Below, piece after piece: positions 12,210 to 24,866 of a DNA stretch of 64,000 nucleotides; the stretch's first letter is position 1; the number at the start of each line of letters is the position of its first letter. This stretch comes from Deltaproteobacteria bacterium (GTDB lineage: Bacteria > Myxococcota_A > UBA9042), in assembly GCA_016875335.1 (NCBI GenBank), contig VGRO01000003.1, positions 10,343 through 74,342 of the forward strand. The letters are read 5' to 3'. The position numbers and the translations under genes are program-made. Below the pieces are notes generated by a model. The model was not told where the DNA came from, ran no database searches, and saw only the letters and a list, made by a program, of their open reading frames with translations.

Positions 12210-12791
12210 TTACTTCTTCTTGGCGCCCTTGCCACCGGACTTGCCGGCCTTCTGGCGCACCTTCTCACCGCTGTAGCGGATGCCCTTGCCCTTGTAGGGC
12301 TCCGGCGACCGAATCGAGCGAAGGGTCGCAGCCGTCTGGCCCAACAGTTCCTTGTCGGTCGAGGTCAACTCGATGTGGGTGAGCTTGTCGATCTTGCACT
12401 CGACGCCCTTGGGCAGCACGAAGTGAACCGGGTGCGAATAGCCGACCGACAGCTTGAGTGCTTGGCCGATCTGCTCGACCTTGAAGCCGACGCCTTGGAC
12501 GTCGAGTTCCTTCTTGTAGCCCGCCGTGACGCCCTGGACCATGTTGCGCAGCAGATTGCGGCCCAGGCCGTGCAAGGCTTTGCCGGTGCGCGTGTTCTCC
12601 ACTGGATGCACCAGAATCTGGCCCGCCTGTTGCTCAAAGGTCACACCCTTGAACGTGCGGACCAGCGTTCCGAGCGGCCCCTTGACCGTGACCACGTCGC
12701 CCGCCACCGCCACGGTGACCTTGGGCGGCAGCGCGACCGGGGCCTTGCCGACCCGCGATACCACGAATTCGCTCTGACCTTCGCTACTCAT
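12210..12791 (-). CDS. rplF: 50S ribosomal protein L6
   Basis: MSSEGQSEFVVSRVGKAPVALPPKVTVAVAGDVVTVKGPLGTL...YKGKGIRYSGEKVRQKAGK. Confidence 0.95.
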   Translation of the reverse strand: MSSEGQSEFVVSRVGKAPVALPPKVTVAVAGDVVTVKGPLGTLVRTFKGVTFEQQAGQILVHPVENTRTGKALHGLGRNLLRNMVQGVTAGYKKELDVQGVGFKVEQIGQALKLSVGYSHPVHFVLPKGVECKIDKLTHIELTSTDKELLGQTAATLRSIRSPEPYKGKGIRYSGEKVRQKAGKSGGKGAKKK

Positions 12792-12894
12792 CTCTGCTCC
12801 CGGCCCCTGGGGTCCTGCGGCCCGATGCGGGCGGCGGATTCGGCTGGCCTTGGTTGCGCCGAAGCGCGATTGGGCACGCCCAACGGGCGACCGC

Positions 12895-13296
12895 CTACCA
12901 CACCGTGCACAGCAGCTCGCCGCCCACGTTGAGTTTGCGGGCCTTGGCGCCCGTCATCACGCCCGACGACGTGGACAGGATGGCGATGCCGAGGCCGTTC
13001 TTGACCTTGGGGATGTCAGAAACCTGGACGTATTTGCGCTGGCCCGGGCGCGAGACGCGGCGCAGCCCGCTGATCGCGTTGGACTTGTCCGCGCAATAGC
13101 GCAAGGTCAGCACCAGCTTGTCCTGCGCTTGCTCGCCCACGTCTTCGGCCAACTCGGCGACATACCCTTCCTCGTGCAGGATGCCGGCAATGGCTTTGAC
13201 CGTGTTCGATGCGGGGACCGCCACGCTCGGGTGGCGCGCCAGAATCGCGTTGCGCACGCGGGTCAGGAAATCGGCAATGGGATCACTCGTGGGCAT
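12895..13296 (-). CDS. rpsH: 30S ribosomal protein S8
   Basis: MPTSDPIADFLTRVRNAILARHPSVAVPASNTVKAIAGILHEEGYV...GLGIAILSTSSGVMTGAKARKLNVGGELLCTVW. Confidence 0.95.
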   Translation of the reverse strand: MPTSDPIADFLTRVRNAILARHPSVAVPASNTVKAIAGILHEEGYVAELAEDVGEQAQDKLVLTLRYCADKSNAISGLRRVSRPGQRKYVQVSDIPKVKNGLGIAILSTSSGVMTGAKARKLNVGGELLCTVW

Positions 13297-13392
13297 TTCA
13301 CACCTTCTGGTTCGACGCGGGGGTCGAATGCTTGGGGTCCTCTCCAGCAGCTTGTGGCGGACGCGGCGAGGGCTCGCGGAAGCGGCCGAATC

Positions 13393-13578
13393 TCACCACG
13401 ACGCCTTGGTCACACCCGGCAGTTCGCCGCGCACCGCCAACTGCCGAAAGCAGATGCGGCACAGCCCGAACTTGCGCAGGAAGGCCTTGGGACGGCCGCA
13501 GCGCTGGCAGCGGCTGTGCTGCCGTGTCGAGAATTTTGGCTTGCGCGCGGCGGCGATGATCTTGCTGGTCTTGGCCAT
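13393..13578 (-). CDS. rpsZ: 30S ribosomal protein S14, type Z (zinc-binding, 61 aa)
   Basis: [61 protein letters not shown] has the CxxC...CxxC of S14Z. Confidence 0.9.
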   Translation of the reverse strand: MAKTSKIIAAARKPKFSTRQHSRCQRCGRPKAFLRKFGLCRICFRQLAVRGELPGVTKASW

Positions 13579-13614
13579 GGTGGTTGTCTCTCGCTGGGTG
13601 GAGCAGTTGTGCGG

Positions 13615-14157
13615 TTACTTGCGGAAGGGCATGCCGAGGGCCGCCAACAGGGCCTTGCTCTGGGCGTCATCCCCGGCGGTGGTGACCATCGTGATGTTCA
13701 TGCCGCGGACCTTGTCGACCTGGTCGTAGTTGATCTCGGGGAAGATGATCTGCTCCTTGAGGCCCATGGTGAAGTTGCCGCGGCCATCGAAGCCCTTGGG
13801 ACTGACGCCACGAAAGTCGCGGACGCGCGGCAAGGCGATCGTCACCAAGCGGTCCAGGAACTCCCACATGCGATCGCGGCGCAAGGTGACCTTGGCGCCG
13901 ATCGCTTGGTTCTCGCGCAGCTTGAAGTTGGCGATCGACTTGCGCGACCGCGTCACGATCGGTTTCTGGCCCGAGAGCATCGTCAGTTGCTCGACCGCCT
14001 TGTCGACGATCTTGGGGTTCTGGGTCGCCTCGCCCAGGCCGAAGTTGATGACGATCTTTTGCAGGCGTGGCACCTGCATGGGATTCGTGAGCCCGAATTC
14101 CGCGGTCAACTTGGCGATGACCTCGGCCTTGTACTTTTGCTGGAGACGCGCTGCCAT
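13615..14157 (-). CDS. rplE: 50S ribosomal protein L5
   Basis: [44 protein letters not shown]...[30 protein letters not shown]. Confidence 0.95.
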   Translation of the reverse strand: MAARLQQKYKAEVIAKLTAEFGLTNPMQVPRLQKIVINFGLGEATQNPKIVDKAVEQLTMLSGQKPIVTRSRKSIANFKLRENQAIGAKVTLRRDRMWEFLDRLVTIALPRVRDFRGVSPKGFDGRGNFTMGLKEQIIFPEINYDQVDKVRGMNITMVTTAGDDAQSKALLAALGMPFRK

Positions 14158-14244
14158 GGACTACCTGCCTCTTTCAGCTTGCTTCCGCTCCAGCCTGCGC
14201 CGCAACCCTTTTGCGGCGACTGACGCGCTGGGCGAACTCCCTTG

Positions 14245-14577
14245 CTAACCGACCGGGTCGAGAACTTCGCCGGTCTTGTGCACCACGCGGACCTTCTTGG
14301 GGCCGTTGGCCGTATCCACGGTTTGGAAGCCGACGCGCACCGGCTTGCCCGTGGTGGGGCTGACCAGCGCGACGTTGCTGATGTGGATCGGGGCCTCGCG
14401 GTCCTGGATGCCGCCCTGCTCGCCTTCGCGGCGCGCCTTGACGTGCTTCTTGACCTTGTTCCAGCCCTCGACGATCACGGCTTCGCCATCGCGAGCCATG
14501 CGCAGCACCTTGCCGCTCTGGCCCTTGTCCTTGCCGGCCAGGATGGCCACCGTGTCGCCCTTGCGAATCTTGCGCAT
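14245..14577 (-). CDS. rplX: 50S ribosomal protein L24
   Basis: [49 protein letters not shown] is a KOW domain. The start ATG at 14577 was verified. The ORF-track extension to 14952 is in-frame read-through of the upstream gap. Confidence 0.9.
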   Translation of the reverse strand: MRKIRKGDTVAILAGKDKGQSGKVLRMARDGEAVIVEGWNKVKKHVKARREGEQGGIQDREAPIHISNVALVSPTTGKPVRVGFQTVDTANGPKKVRVVHKTGEVLDPVG

Positions 14578-14686
14578 CTGCTGCCTCGCGTTTTTCTGTA
14601 CTCGCGATTGTCTGCCTGCTCGCGATTGTCTGCCTGTTCGCTGTGTCGGTCGTTCAAAGTCGCCCCAAAGGGCGCGCGGGCGACGG

Positions 14687-15055
14687 CTACAGCACCTCTG
14701 GGGCCAGTGACACGATCTTGGTGAACTTCTTGGCGCGCAGTTCGCGCGCCACGGGTCCGAAGATGCGGGTGCCGACCGGTTCCTTCTGGTTGTTGATGAC
14801 GACGGCGGCGTTGCCGTCGAACTTGATGTAGCTGCCGTCCTCGCGGCCCACTTCCTTGGTGGTGCGGACGATGACGGCCTTGACCACATCGCCCTTCTTG
14901 ACCTTGGATTTGGGCAGCGCCTCGCGCACCGAGCAGACGATGATGTCGCCAAGCGACGCGTACTTGCGCTTGCTGCCGCCCAGCACCTTGATGCAGCGCA
15001 GTTGCTTGGCGCCCGAATTGTCCGCGACCGTGAGGTAGGTTTCTTGCTGAATCAT
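14687..15055 (-). CDS. rplN: 50S ribosomal protein L14
   Basis: [65 protein letters not shown]. The ATG at 15055 was verified. Confidence 0.95.
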   Translation of the reverse strand: MIQQETYLTVADNSGAKQLRCIKVLGGSKRKYASLGDIIVCSVREALPKSKVKKGDVVKAVIVRTTKEVGREDGSYIKFDGNAAVVINNQKEPVGTRIFGPVARELRAKKFTKIVSLAPEVL

Positions 15056-15200
15056 GGCCGTCTCCTTACCGGTGGCCGAACCGATCGGCCTGCGGTGGCG
15101 AGCCCCGCAAACTGTGCGGGGCAGGGGGGCAGCGACCCGCGGGTCACTGCACCGGTGCACGTTCGACGGCGCCCGCGGACGAGCTGCCGCCGATGGCGGA

Positions 15201-15509
15201 CTAGTCCTCTTTCTTGCGCAACGTGGACTTGTAGACCCAGCGTTTGTGCTTGGACAACGGCCGGCATTCTTCGATGACCACCTGGTCGCCCACTGCGCAC
15301 GCGCCGGCCTCGTCGTGGGCCATGTAGCGCGCGCGGCGGCGCACGTACTTGCGGTACTTGGCGTGCAGGAACACGCGGGTCACGGAGACGACGGCGGTCT
15401 TCTCCATCTTGGTGGACACCACGATGCCAGTCATGCGCCGACGGTGGCGGTCGAGGTGGTTGCCCTGGTCCTGGGCAGCCTCGTTGTGGTTCTCTGCGGT
15501 CTCGGTCAT
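15201..15509 (-). CDS. rpsQ: 30S ribosomal protein S17, possibly with an N-terminal extension of about 25 aa
   Basis: [64 protein letters not shown]. An alternative start at M26 (15434) would give a canonical 77-aa S17. Confidence 0.88.
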   Translation of the reverse strand: MTETAENHNEAAQDQGNHLDRHRRRMTGIVVSTKMEKTAVVSVTRVFLHAKYRKYVRRRARYMAHDEAGACAVGDQVVIEECRPLSKHKRWVYKSTLRKKED

Positions 15510-15559
15510 GGGATGCTCCCTGTGGTCCGGCGTGCCGGGCGCGCTGCGGTGCGACGCCG

Positions 15560-15760
15560 CTACCCTTGGATGCCCAGTTCGATTTCGCGCAGGCGGGTCG
15601 CCACGCGCGCCAACTCGCGCCGCGTCGTGCGCAGCTTGATCGGGCTCGACAGTTGCTTGGTGTGGTGCTGGAAACGCAGGCGGAACAGCTCGTCGCGCAG
15701 TTCGGACTCGCGCTTCTGCAACTCGGCCTGGGTCAACTCGGCGATGACGGTCTTTTTCAC
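15560..15760 (-). CDS. rpmC: 50S ribosomal protein L29 (GTG start)
   Basis: (V)[61 protein letters not shown]. The GTG at 15760..15758 overlaps the rplP stop by 4 nt. Confidence 0.85.
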   Translation of the reverse strand: MKKTVIAELTQAELQKRESELRDELFRLRFQHHTKQLSSPIKLRTTRRELARVATRLREIELGIQG

Positions 15761-16173
15761 AGGATTTCTCCCCGGCTGACGACCTTGCACTTGATCGGCA
15801 GCTTGTGGCCGGCGTCCGCCAACGCGCCCATGGCGACTGCGGCGTCGTCGGATTGGATTTCGTACATCATCGTGCCAGGCTGCACGACGGCGACCCAGTG
15901 GTCTGGCGGTCCCTTGCCCTTGCCCATGCGGGTTTCCAGGGGCTTCTTGGTCACTGGCTTTTGCGGGAAGATGCGGATCCAGACCCGCGCATCGCGCTTC
16001 ATTTTGCGGGTCATCGAGATACGCGCGGCCTCGATCTGCCGGCTGGTCAGCCAGCCACACTCCAGCGCCATCAGGCCGAAGTTGCCGAACGACACCTCGC
16101 TGCCGGTGTGGGCGAAGCCGCGGGACTTGCCCTTCATCACTTTGCGCCACTTGACGCGCTTGGGAGCCAGCAT
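15757..16173 (-). CDS. rplP: 50S ribosomal protein L16
   Basis: [56 protein letters not shown]. Confidence 0.95.
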   Translation of the reverse strand: MLAPKRVKWRKVMKGKSRGFAHTGSEVSFGNFGLMALECGWLTSRQIEAARISMTRKMKRDARVWIRIFPQKPVTKKPLETRMGKGKGPPDHWVAVVQPGTMMYEIQSDDAAVAMGALADAGHKLPIKCKVVSRGEIL

Positions 16174-16230
16174 GGCTGAACCTCTCGAATCTGGGCCACC
16201 GCGCCGAAGGGCCGGGGCCGCGTTGGAAAA

Positions 16231-16890
16231 CTACTGGGCGCGCGCCTGAGCGTGCTGTCCGCGTTCGGCAAGGATGTCGCCGTGGTAGATCCAGGTCTTG
16301 ACGCCGATGACACCGTAGGTGGTCCTGGCCAGGGCCTCGCCGTACTGGATGTCGGCGCGCAGCGTATGCAAGGGCACGCGGCCCTCGCGGTACCACTCAT
16401 ACCGTCCCATCTCGGCGCCACCCAGGCGGCCCGAACAGGCGACGCGGATGCCCTTGATGCCGAACTTTTGCGCAGCCTGCATGGCCTTGCGCATGGCGCG
16501 GCGGAACGCGACCCGGCGCTCGAGCTGCGTTGCGATGTTCTCGGCGACCAGTTGCGCGTCGGTTTCGGCGCGGCGCACTTCATGGATGGTCAGCACGATT
16601 TCGCCTTTGGCCAGCTTCTGCAGCTGGGCCTTGAGCTTCTCATGCTCCTTGCCCTTGGGACCGATCAGCACACCGGGGCGCGCCGTGTGCACGCCGACGC
16701 GAATCTGGCGGGCGCGGCGCTCGACATCGACCTTGGCGATGCCGGCGTGGTTCATCTTTTCCTTGATCGTCTTGCGGATCGCCAGATCCTCGTGCAGCCA
16801 AGCCTTGTAGTTCTTCTCTTCGAACCACTTGGAGTTCCAGCTGCGGATGACGCCCAGGCGCAGTCCATTCGGATGGCTTTTTTGTCCCAC
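16231..16890 (-). CDS. rpsC: 30S ribosomal protein S3
   Basis: [45 protein letters not shown] (KH domain)...[31 protein letters not shown]. Confidence 0.95.
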   Translation of the reverse strand: MGQKSHPNGLRLGVIRSWNSKWFEEKNYKAWLHEDLAIRKTIKEKMNHAGIAKVDVERRARQIRVGVHTARPGVLIGPKGKEHEKLKAQLQKLAKGEIVLTIHEVRRAETDAQLVAENIATQLERRVAFRRAMRKAMQAAQKFGIKGIRVACSGRLGGAEMGRYEWYREGRVPLHTLRADIQYGEALARTTYGVIGVKTWIYHGDILAERGQHAQARAQ

Positions 16891-16939
16891 GGTTGCCTCT
16901 CTTGGTCGCTTGCAAATTCGGTGGCGCGCGCGCAGCGGC

Positions 16940-17350
16940 CTACAGCGCCACGCCCAGTTGCAGGGTCACGTGGCTGGTCTTCTTGAGGATGCGCGTCGCG
17001 CGACCTTGGGCCCGCGGCGTCCAGCGCTTCATGGTCTCTGCCTGGTCGACGAAGATGGTCTCGACGTACAAGTCGTCGACATCGACCCCGCCTACGAACC
17101 GCGCATTGGCGACGGCGCTGAACAGCAGCTTGCGCAGCGGTTCGGCCGCGAGCTTGGGCGTGAACTGCAACAGGTCCAGCGCCTCTTGAACGCCCTTGCC
17201 GCGAATGCGGTCCGCCACGACCCGCACCTTGCGGGGAGCAATGTGCAGACCCTTGAGCTTGACGGCGGCCAGAGGCGCTGTGCCGTCGATCTGCACGTCG
17301 CCGACATCGGCAGCGGCCTGCTGGTCTTCGTTCTGCTGGGTGTCGTCCAT
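16940..17350 (-). CDS. rplV: 50S ribosomal protein L22 with an acidic N-terminal extension
   Basis: [44 protein letters not shown]...[16 protein letters not shown]. The start was chosen at the ATG at 17350 ([11 protein letters not shown]...). Confidence 0.9.
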   Translation of the reverse strand: MDDTQQNEDQQAAADVGDVQIDGTAPLAAVKLKGLHIAPRKVRVVADRIRGKGVQEALDLLQFTPKLAAEPLRKLLFSAVANARFVGGVDVDDLYVETIFVDQAETMKRWTPRAQGRATRILKKTSHVTLQLGVAL

Positions 17351-17408
17351 GACTGTCTCCCGATGGCCGCCCCGAGGCGGCGCGCGGTGTGCCGAGGTGC
17401 GGCGCCGC

Positions 17409-17687
17409 CTACTTCTTCTTGACCTTCTTGTCTGCGCTGTGACCAAAGAAGGTGCGGGTCGGGGCGAACTCGCCCATCTTGTGACCCACCATGTTCTCGG
17501 TCACGAACACCGGCACGAACTTCTTGCCGTTGTGCACCATGAAGTTCAGACCGACGAAATCGGGGTAGATGGTCGAGCGCCGCGACCAGGTCTTGATCGG
17601 CCGCTTGTTGTTGGTGCGGTTGGCGTCCTCGACTTTGGCCTTGAGGTGGCCGTCGACGAACGGGCTTTTCTTGACGGAACGGGGCAT
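17409..17687 (-). CDS. rpsS: 30S ribosomal protein S19
   Basis: [20 protein letters not shown]...[45 protein letters not shown]. Confidence 0.95.
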   Translation of the reverse strand: MPRSVKKSPFVDGHLKAKVEDANRTNNKRPIKTWSRRSTIYPDFVGLNFMVHNGKKFVPVFVTENMVGHKMGEFAPTRTFFGHSADKKVKKK

Positions 17688-17720
17688 GGTGGACCTCGGT
17701 ACGGTAGCGTCTGGCGGCGA

Positions 17721-18554
17721 TTAGCGCGCGCCCTTGGGCCGGCGGGCGACGATGAGGTGGTTCGTGCGCTTGTTCTTGCGCGTCTTGGGGCCCTTGGTCT
17801 TCCAGCCCCACGGCGAGGTCGGGTGGCGACCACCCGAGGTGCGGCCTTCGCCGCCGCCGAGCGGGTGATCGACCGGGTTCATCGCGACGCCGCGCACGCA
17901 CGGCCGGATGCCCAACCAGCGCGAGCGACCGGCCTTGCCCAGGCTGATCTTGTCATGGTCGACGTTGCTGGTCTGTCCGATGGTCGCCTTGCAGTCCTTG
18001 GTGACCTTGCGAAGTTCGCCGGACGGAAGACGCAGCAAAGCGTGTTTGCCTTCCTTGGCCATCAACTGTGCAGCGGTGCCCGCGGCGCGGCAGACCTGAC
18101 CGCCCTTGCCGGCCTGCAGTTCGACGTTGTGGACCATCGTGCCGACGGGAATCGCCTCAAGCGGCAGCGTGTTGCCGGGCTTGATGTCGGCGTTCCTGCT
18201 GGCGATGACCGCGTCGCCGACCTTGAGGCCAACCGGCGCGAGGATGTAGCGCTTCTCGCCGTCCGCATAGTTCAGCAGCGCGATACGCGCCGAGCGGTTG
18301 GGGTCGAACTCGATGGTTGCAACCTTGGCCGGCACTGCGACCTTGTCGCGCTTGAAGTCGATGATGCGGTAGTGGCGCTTGTGGCCGCCGCCGCGCTGCC
18401 ATACGGTGATGCGGCCATTGTTGGTGCGACCCTTGGGGCCGTGCAGCGGGGCGAGCAGCGGGCCGTGCGCCTCGCTGGTCGTGACGTCGCTGAAATCGTC
18501 GAGCCGGAGCTGGCGGGTGCCGGCGGAGACGGGTCGATACGACTTGATGCCCAT
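17721..18554 (-). CDS. rplB: 50S ribosomal protein L2
   Basis: [25 protein letters not shown]...[41 protein letters not shown]. Confidence 0.95.
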   Translation of the reverse strand: MGIKSYRPVSAGTRQLRLDDFSDVTTSEAHGPLLAPLHGPKGRTNNGRITVWQRGGGHKRHYRIIDFKRDKVAVPAKVATIEFDPNRSARIALLNYADGEKRYILAPVGLKVGDAVIASRNADIKPGNTLPLEAIPVGTMVHNVELQAGKGGQVCRAAGTAAQLMAKEGKHALLRLPSGELRKVTKDCKATIGQTSNVDHDKISLGKAGRSRWLGIRPCVRGVAMNPVDHPLGGGEGRTSGGRHPTSPWGWKTKGPKTRKNKRTNHLIVARRPKGAR

Positions 18555-18662
18555 GGTCTGCCTCTCGGTGTGCCAAAGCGGCCGTGGCCTATTGCCAGCG
18601 GCGGTTTACCGTTCGTGTGGCACACGCCCCGGGGTTGGGGAGCGCGCGCCGGGTGTGGCCGA

Positions 18663-18953
18663 CTAGGCCACGAAGTAGTCGATGACTTGGCCCTCGGCCA
18701 GCTTGACGAAAGCCTTCTTGGTCTGCGCGCGATTGCCGACGAACTTGCCGACTCGGCGCTGCTTGCCCTGCAACTGCATGGTGCGCACGCCTACGACCGT
18801 CACGCCGAAAAGCGCCTCGACCGCTGCCCTGATTTGCTTCTTGTTCGCGTCGCGGTGGACCTGGAACGCGTACGCGTTGTCGGTGTTGCTCACCGTCGTG
18901 TTCTTTTCGCCGGACAGCGGCTTTTCCAGGATTTGGGTCAGGTGCAGGGCCAT
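18663..18953 (-). CDS. rplW: 50S ribosomal protein L23
   Basis: MALHLTQILEKPLSGEKNTTVS...KQIRAAVEALFGVTVVGVRTMQLQGKQRRVG. Confidence 0.93.
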   Translation of the reverse strand: MALHLTQILEKPLSGEKNTTVSNTDNAYAFQVHRDANKKQIRAAVEALFGVTVVGVRTMQLQGKQRRVGKFVGNRAQTKKAFVKLAEGQVIDYFVA

Positions 18954-18993
18954 GGCTTCCTCGTTGCTGCGATGTGCGGTGGCGTGATTGGGC

Positions 18994-19614
18994 CTAGCCC
19001 AAGCGCTCTTCCAGGGCCTTGGCGGCGTCGACGCTCAACACCAGCCGGTCGTATTTGAGGACGTCGAACACGTTGACGCCCTCGGCGCGAATGTACTTGG
19101 CTGTCGGCAAATTGCGGATCGACAGGTGCAGATGCGACTCTTCGTGGCGCGTGACCACCAGCGCGTTTGAGGCGCCCAGGCGGGCCAGCGTGGCCGCCGC
19201 TTCCTTGGTCTTGGGGGCGCCCATGCCGAACGCGTCGACCACGACCAACTCGCCGTTGGCGTAGCGCAGCGACAGGGCCGACCTGAGCGCGGCGCGCCGC
19301 ACCTTCTTGGGTGTGCTGTAACTGTAGTCGCGCGGGTGCGGGCCATGCGCGATGCCGCCGTGGACGAAGATCGGCGACTTGCGCGACCCGTGGCGTGCGT
19401 TGCCCGACCCCTTCTGCTTGTACGTCTTGCGGGTGGTGCCGTGCACGGTGGTGCGCGTCTTGGTCGAATGCGTACCCTGGCGGCGGTTGGCCAATTGGTT
19501 GCGCACGACCTCCCAGTGCAGGAAGGGCTTGACCTCGGCCGCAAACACATCGTCGGACAGCTCGATTTCGCCGACCACCTGGGCTTGGGTATTGAGGACG
19601 TTCATCGTTGGCAT
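18994..19614 (-). CDS. rplD: 50S ribosomal protein L4
   Basis: [54 protein letters not shown]...[12 protein letters not shown]. Confidence 0.95.
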   Translation of the reverse strand: MPTMNVLNTQAQVVGEIELSDDVFAAEVKPFLHWEVVRNQLANRRQGTHSTKTRTTVHGTTRKTYKQKGSGNARHGSRKSPIFVHGGIAHGPHPRDYSYSTPKKVRRAALRSALSLRYANGELVVVDAFGMGAPKTKEAAATLARLGASNALVVTRHEESHLHLSIRNLPTAKYIRAEGVNVFDVLKYDRLVLSVDAAKALEERLG

Positions 19615-19675
19615 GGCTGCCTCTCGGTCTGCTGGCGACGCGGCGGTGGCGTCGGGTTCCTGGTGCGGGCGCGGA

Positions 19676-19984
19676 TCAGGTCTTGATTTCGACCGCCACG
19701 CCGGCGGCCAGATCGAGCTTCATCAGCGCGTCGAGCGTCTGCTGGGTCGGGTCCAGGATGTCGATGAGGCGCTTGTGCGTGCGCACCTCGAACTGCTCGC
19801 GGCTCTTCTTGTCGACGTGCGGGGACCGCAACACCGTGTAGCTGTTGATGCGCGTGGGCAGCGGGATGGGACCCGCGACGCGGGCGCCCGTGGTGCGCAC
19901 GGTGTTGATGATTTCGCTGACCGACTGGTCGAGCAGCTTGAAATCGTAGGCCTTGAGGCGGATGCGAATGCGTTGGCCGGCCAT
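19676..19984 (-). CDS. rpsJ: 30S ribosomal protein S10
   Basis: [77 protein letters not shown]. Confidence 0.95.
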   Translation of the reverse strand: MAGQRIRIRLKAYDFKLLDQSVSEIINTVRTTGARVAGPIPLPTRINSYTVLRSPHVDKKSREQFEVRTHKRLIDILDPTQQTLDALMKLDLAAGVAVEIKT

Positions 19985-20014
19985 GGTGGAACCTCCGAGG
20001 CGAAACGCCTGGTA

Positions 20015-22102
<2,088 letters not shown>

Positions 22103-22198
22103 GATGGGCTCTCAGTGCGGCGGTTGCGCGGTTGCCGGCAGGGACCGGCGCTCAAAGGGTGGCGACCGTGGGAAGGGTCGCGCGGCGGAAGGGGTGGG

Positions 22199-22669
22199 CT
22201 ACCAGCGATAGTGGGCGAAGGCCTTGTTGGCCTCAGCCATCCGGTGGACGTCTTCGCGCTTCTTGACCGCGGCGCCGCGGCCCTGCGATGCGTCCAGGAT
22301 TTCGTTGGCCAGTTTCTCGACCATGCCCTTTTCGCCGCGAGCGCGGGCGGCGGCGATGAGCCAACGCATCGACAGCGCGGCGCGGCGTTCGGGGCGGATT
22401 TCGACCGGTACCTGGTAGTTCGAGCCACCGACGCGGCGCGACTTGACTTCGACGGCCGGCCGCACGTTTTCGAGGGCCTGGCGGAAGAGCTTGACCGGTT
22501 CGTCCTTGCCGCGCGCCTCGACGCGTTCGAGGGCCGCGTACAGCAGCGCCTCGGCCGTCGACTTCTTGCCGTCGAGCATCAGACAGTTGGCGAACTTGCC
22601 GACCATCTGATCGCCGTATTTGGGGTCGCGCAGGACGGGGCGGTGGGGTACTTCGCGGCGACGGGGCAT
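22199..22669 (-). CDS. rpsG: 30S ribosomal protein S7
   Basis: [47 protein letters not shown]...[22 protein letters not shown]. Confidence 0.95.
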   Translation of the reverse strand: MPRRREVPHRPVLRDPKYGDQMVGKFANCLMLDGKKSTAEALLYAALERVEARGKDEPVKLFRQALENVRPAVEVKSRRVGGSNYQVPVEIRPERRAALSMRWLIAAARARGEKGMVEKLANEILDASQGRGAAVKKREDVHRMAEANKAFAHYRW

Positions 22670-22720
22670 GGGTTCCTCTCTGGATGGGTGCGGCGGCCCG
22701 CGACCCAGGTGCTGTGCGGG

Positions 22721-23128
22721 CTACTTCTTGCCTTTGCTCGCGGCGGCGGCGGCGCCTTCCTTGGGCCGCTTTGCGCCGTACTTGCTGCGGCTCTTGCGGC
22801 GGTTGGCGACGCCGGTGGTGTCGAGCGAGCCTCGCACGATGTGGTAGCGCACGCCCGGCAGGTCTTTGACGCGACCGCCGCGGATGAGCACGATCGAGTG
22901 TTCCTGCAGGTTGTGGCCGACGCCCGGGATGTACGACGTCACTTCCATGCCGTTGGAGAGGCGCACGCGCGCGACCTTGCGCAGGGCCGAGTTCGGCTTC
23001 TTGGGCGTGGTGGTGTACACGCGGGTGCACACGCCGCGGCGCTGCGGACAGGCGTCGAGCGCAGGCGACTTGGTCTTGCGGTGCTTGGCTGCGCGGCGAT
23101 CACGAACGAGCTGGTTGATCGTGGGCAT
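22721..23128 (-). CDS. rpsL: 30S ribosomal protein S12
   Basis: [78 protein letters not shown]. The ATG at 23128 was verified. The ORF-track extension to 23368 is upstream read-through. Confidence 0.95.
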   Translation of the reverse strand: MPTINQLVRDRRAAKHRKTKSPALDACPQRRGVCTRVYTTTPKKPNSALRKVARVRLSNGMEVTSYIPGVGHNLQEHSIVLIRGGRVKDLPGVRYHIVRGSLDTTGVANRRKSRSKYGAKRPKEGAAAAASKGKK

Positions 23129-23677
23129 CTGGGGCTGTCTCCGGGGGCGCTGGCGTTTCCCGTTGTCGAACCGTCGGTTGTGGACCCGCCGTCCAGCTGT
23201 GCGCCATACGCGCCATCGCCGGACGATGCGGCTCCATGGTCCTCGCGGCGGGGGCACCGCCGAACGTGGACCAGAGCGGCGTTTGCGACATTGCGCACCC
23301 AAGGGCCCGGTCCCAGCAGAACCAAGCCAAGGGCGACGGCAGTGTGCCGCGTCGCCAGGAGTCACCACTGAATTCGCAGCCTTTCCGCCCTCTGCGGATG
23401 TGGCGTGCGACCGATGGCGCCCATCGTTCCTTCGCGGAGGGCCGGGTCCGTGTAGGCCGCGGCCTCTTGCAGCACCAGGTGATCAATCCGTTGATCGCCC
23501 GCCAGCCGTTGATTCGGCTGATTTTCGTGCTGCGAAGGCTCCTTTCCCGATGGGAGGGCGGGCTGTCGGGCAGCCCGGTTGTCGCGCAAAACCCCGAGGG
23601 GGCCGGCGCGGGGGCGAAAGTTTACGCCTGCGCGGCCTGGGTGTCAACGGGGTTTTCTGGCCGGGGCGCACTGGATG

Positions 23678-24745
23678 TCATTCGCGCCAGATGAACTTCC
23701 AAGGGTGGCGCTTGAGGTCCTTGAGCAGCAGCTTGAGATCCATGAAGAGCTCGTTGTCCATCAGCAGCCCGCCGACCGTGCCGCGGCCTTTGCGGGCGTT
23801 TTGCGTCACGGCCTGGACATCGTCTACCGCGCGATCGGCTTTCTGAACCGCTCCGTCCATGCGGTCGAGCACGCCCGTCACCTTGCCGACCGCCTTGTCG
23901 CCGAGCAGGACCTCCGCGGTCGGTTGGTCGCGCAGCTTCTCCGACAACCGTCGGACATTCTTGGCGATAGCCTTGGCGTCGACCAGGATCGGATCGGTCG
24001 CCTCGTCCACCCTTGCGCTCACCCGCTCGACGTTGGCCAGGGTGCGCTTGATCTGCTTGCCGTCGCCGACCGAACTCTCGAGGGTGGCCACCAGCTTGTC
24101 GAGCTTGCTGCTGGTCTGGTCGAGGCGATCGAGCAGGCGCTTGACGGTGTCGCGGTTGTCCAGGATCAGTTGATCGGCGTCGTTGACGGCTTTCTTGGCG
24201 TCGAGCACCGCCTGGTCGGCATGGGTCAGGATGTCGCTGATCGTCGTCTCGTTGCGCTCGAGGATGCGCGTGACGGCGCCGGCGACCTTGGACAACTGCT
24301 GTCCCAGGATCTCCATGCGCAGGGGCGGCACGCCGACGACCGCGCTGTCCGTGCGGACGACGGGCCGCTCGAACGAACCTGGGTCGATCTCGATGTATTT
24401 TTCGCCGAGGATACCCTGGGTCGAGATGTAGAACTGCGCGTCGTCGTGGATGGTCTTGCCCTTTTCGGGTTCCAGGTCGATCCACACCCGGACCACGATG
24501 CGCCGGCCACTCTTGGGATCGCGCTTGCCGCCCAGGTACTCGATGGTGGTGACCTTGCCCGCCGACACGCCAGCGAGCTTGACCGGGGCGCCGGGCTTGA
24601 TGTCGCTGGCGGTGTTGTAGTCGATGGCGATCGTGTAACCGCCCGAACCGCGCAGGTCGCCCAACACGATGATGAAGCCGATGAGCAACGTGGCACACAC
24701 GAGCACCAAGGCGCCGACTTTGACCTCGATCGACTTTTCCTTCAC
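23678..24745 (-). CDS. MCE/MlaD-family protein (one transmembrane helix, an MCE domain and a long coiled-coil C-terminus)
   Basis: The TM helix is VGALVLVCATLLIGFIIVL. The MCE domain reads GGYTIAIDYNTASDIKPGAPVKLAGVSAGKVTTIEY...DAQFYISTQGILGEKYIEIDPG. After that come about 200 aa of heptad-like Leu/Asp/Lys-rich sequence. The start is probably the GTG near 24745. Confidence 0.8.
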   Translation of the reverse strand: MKEKSIEVKVGALVLVCATLLIGFIIVLGDLRGSGGYTIAIDYNTASDIKPGAPVKLAGVSAGKVTTIEYLGGKRDPKSGRRIVVRVWIDLEPEKGKTIHDDAQFYISTQGILGEKYIEIDPGSFERPVVRTDSAVVGVPPLRMEILGQQLSKVAGAVTRILERNETTISDILTHADQAVLDAKKAVNDADQLILDNRDTVKRLLDRLDQTSSKLDKLVATLESSVGDGKQIKRTLANVERVSARVDEATDPILVDAKAIAKNVRRLSEKLRDQPTAEVLLGDKAVGKVTGVLDRMDGAVQKADRAVDDVQAVTQNARKGRGTVGGLLMDNELFMDLKLLLKDLKRHPWKFIWRE

Positions 24746-24866
24746 GGACCGCCTCTGGCGCCTGGGGCCATGGACCGCGGCATGGTAGGGCAAACGTTGC
24801 GATCCGTCGACCACTGGCCCGACCGCCCGGCAACTGGCCGAGATCGATGGAGTTGGTCGCGCGCCA

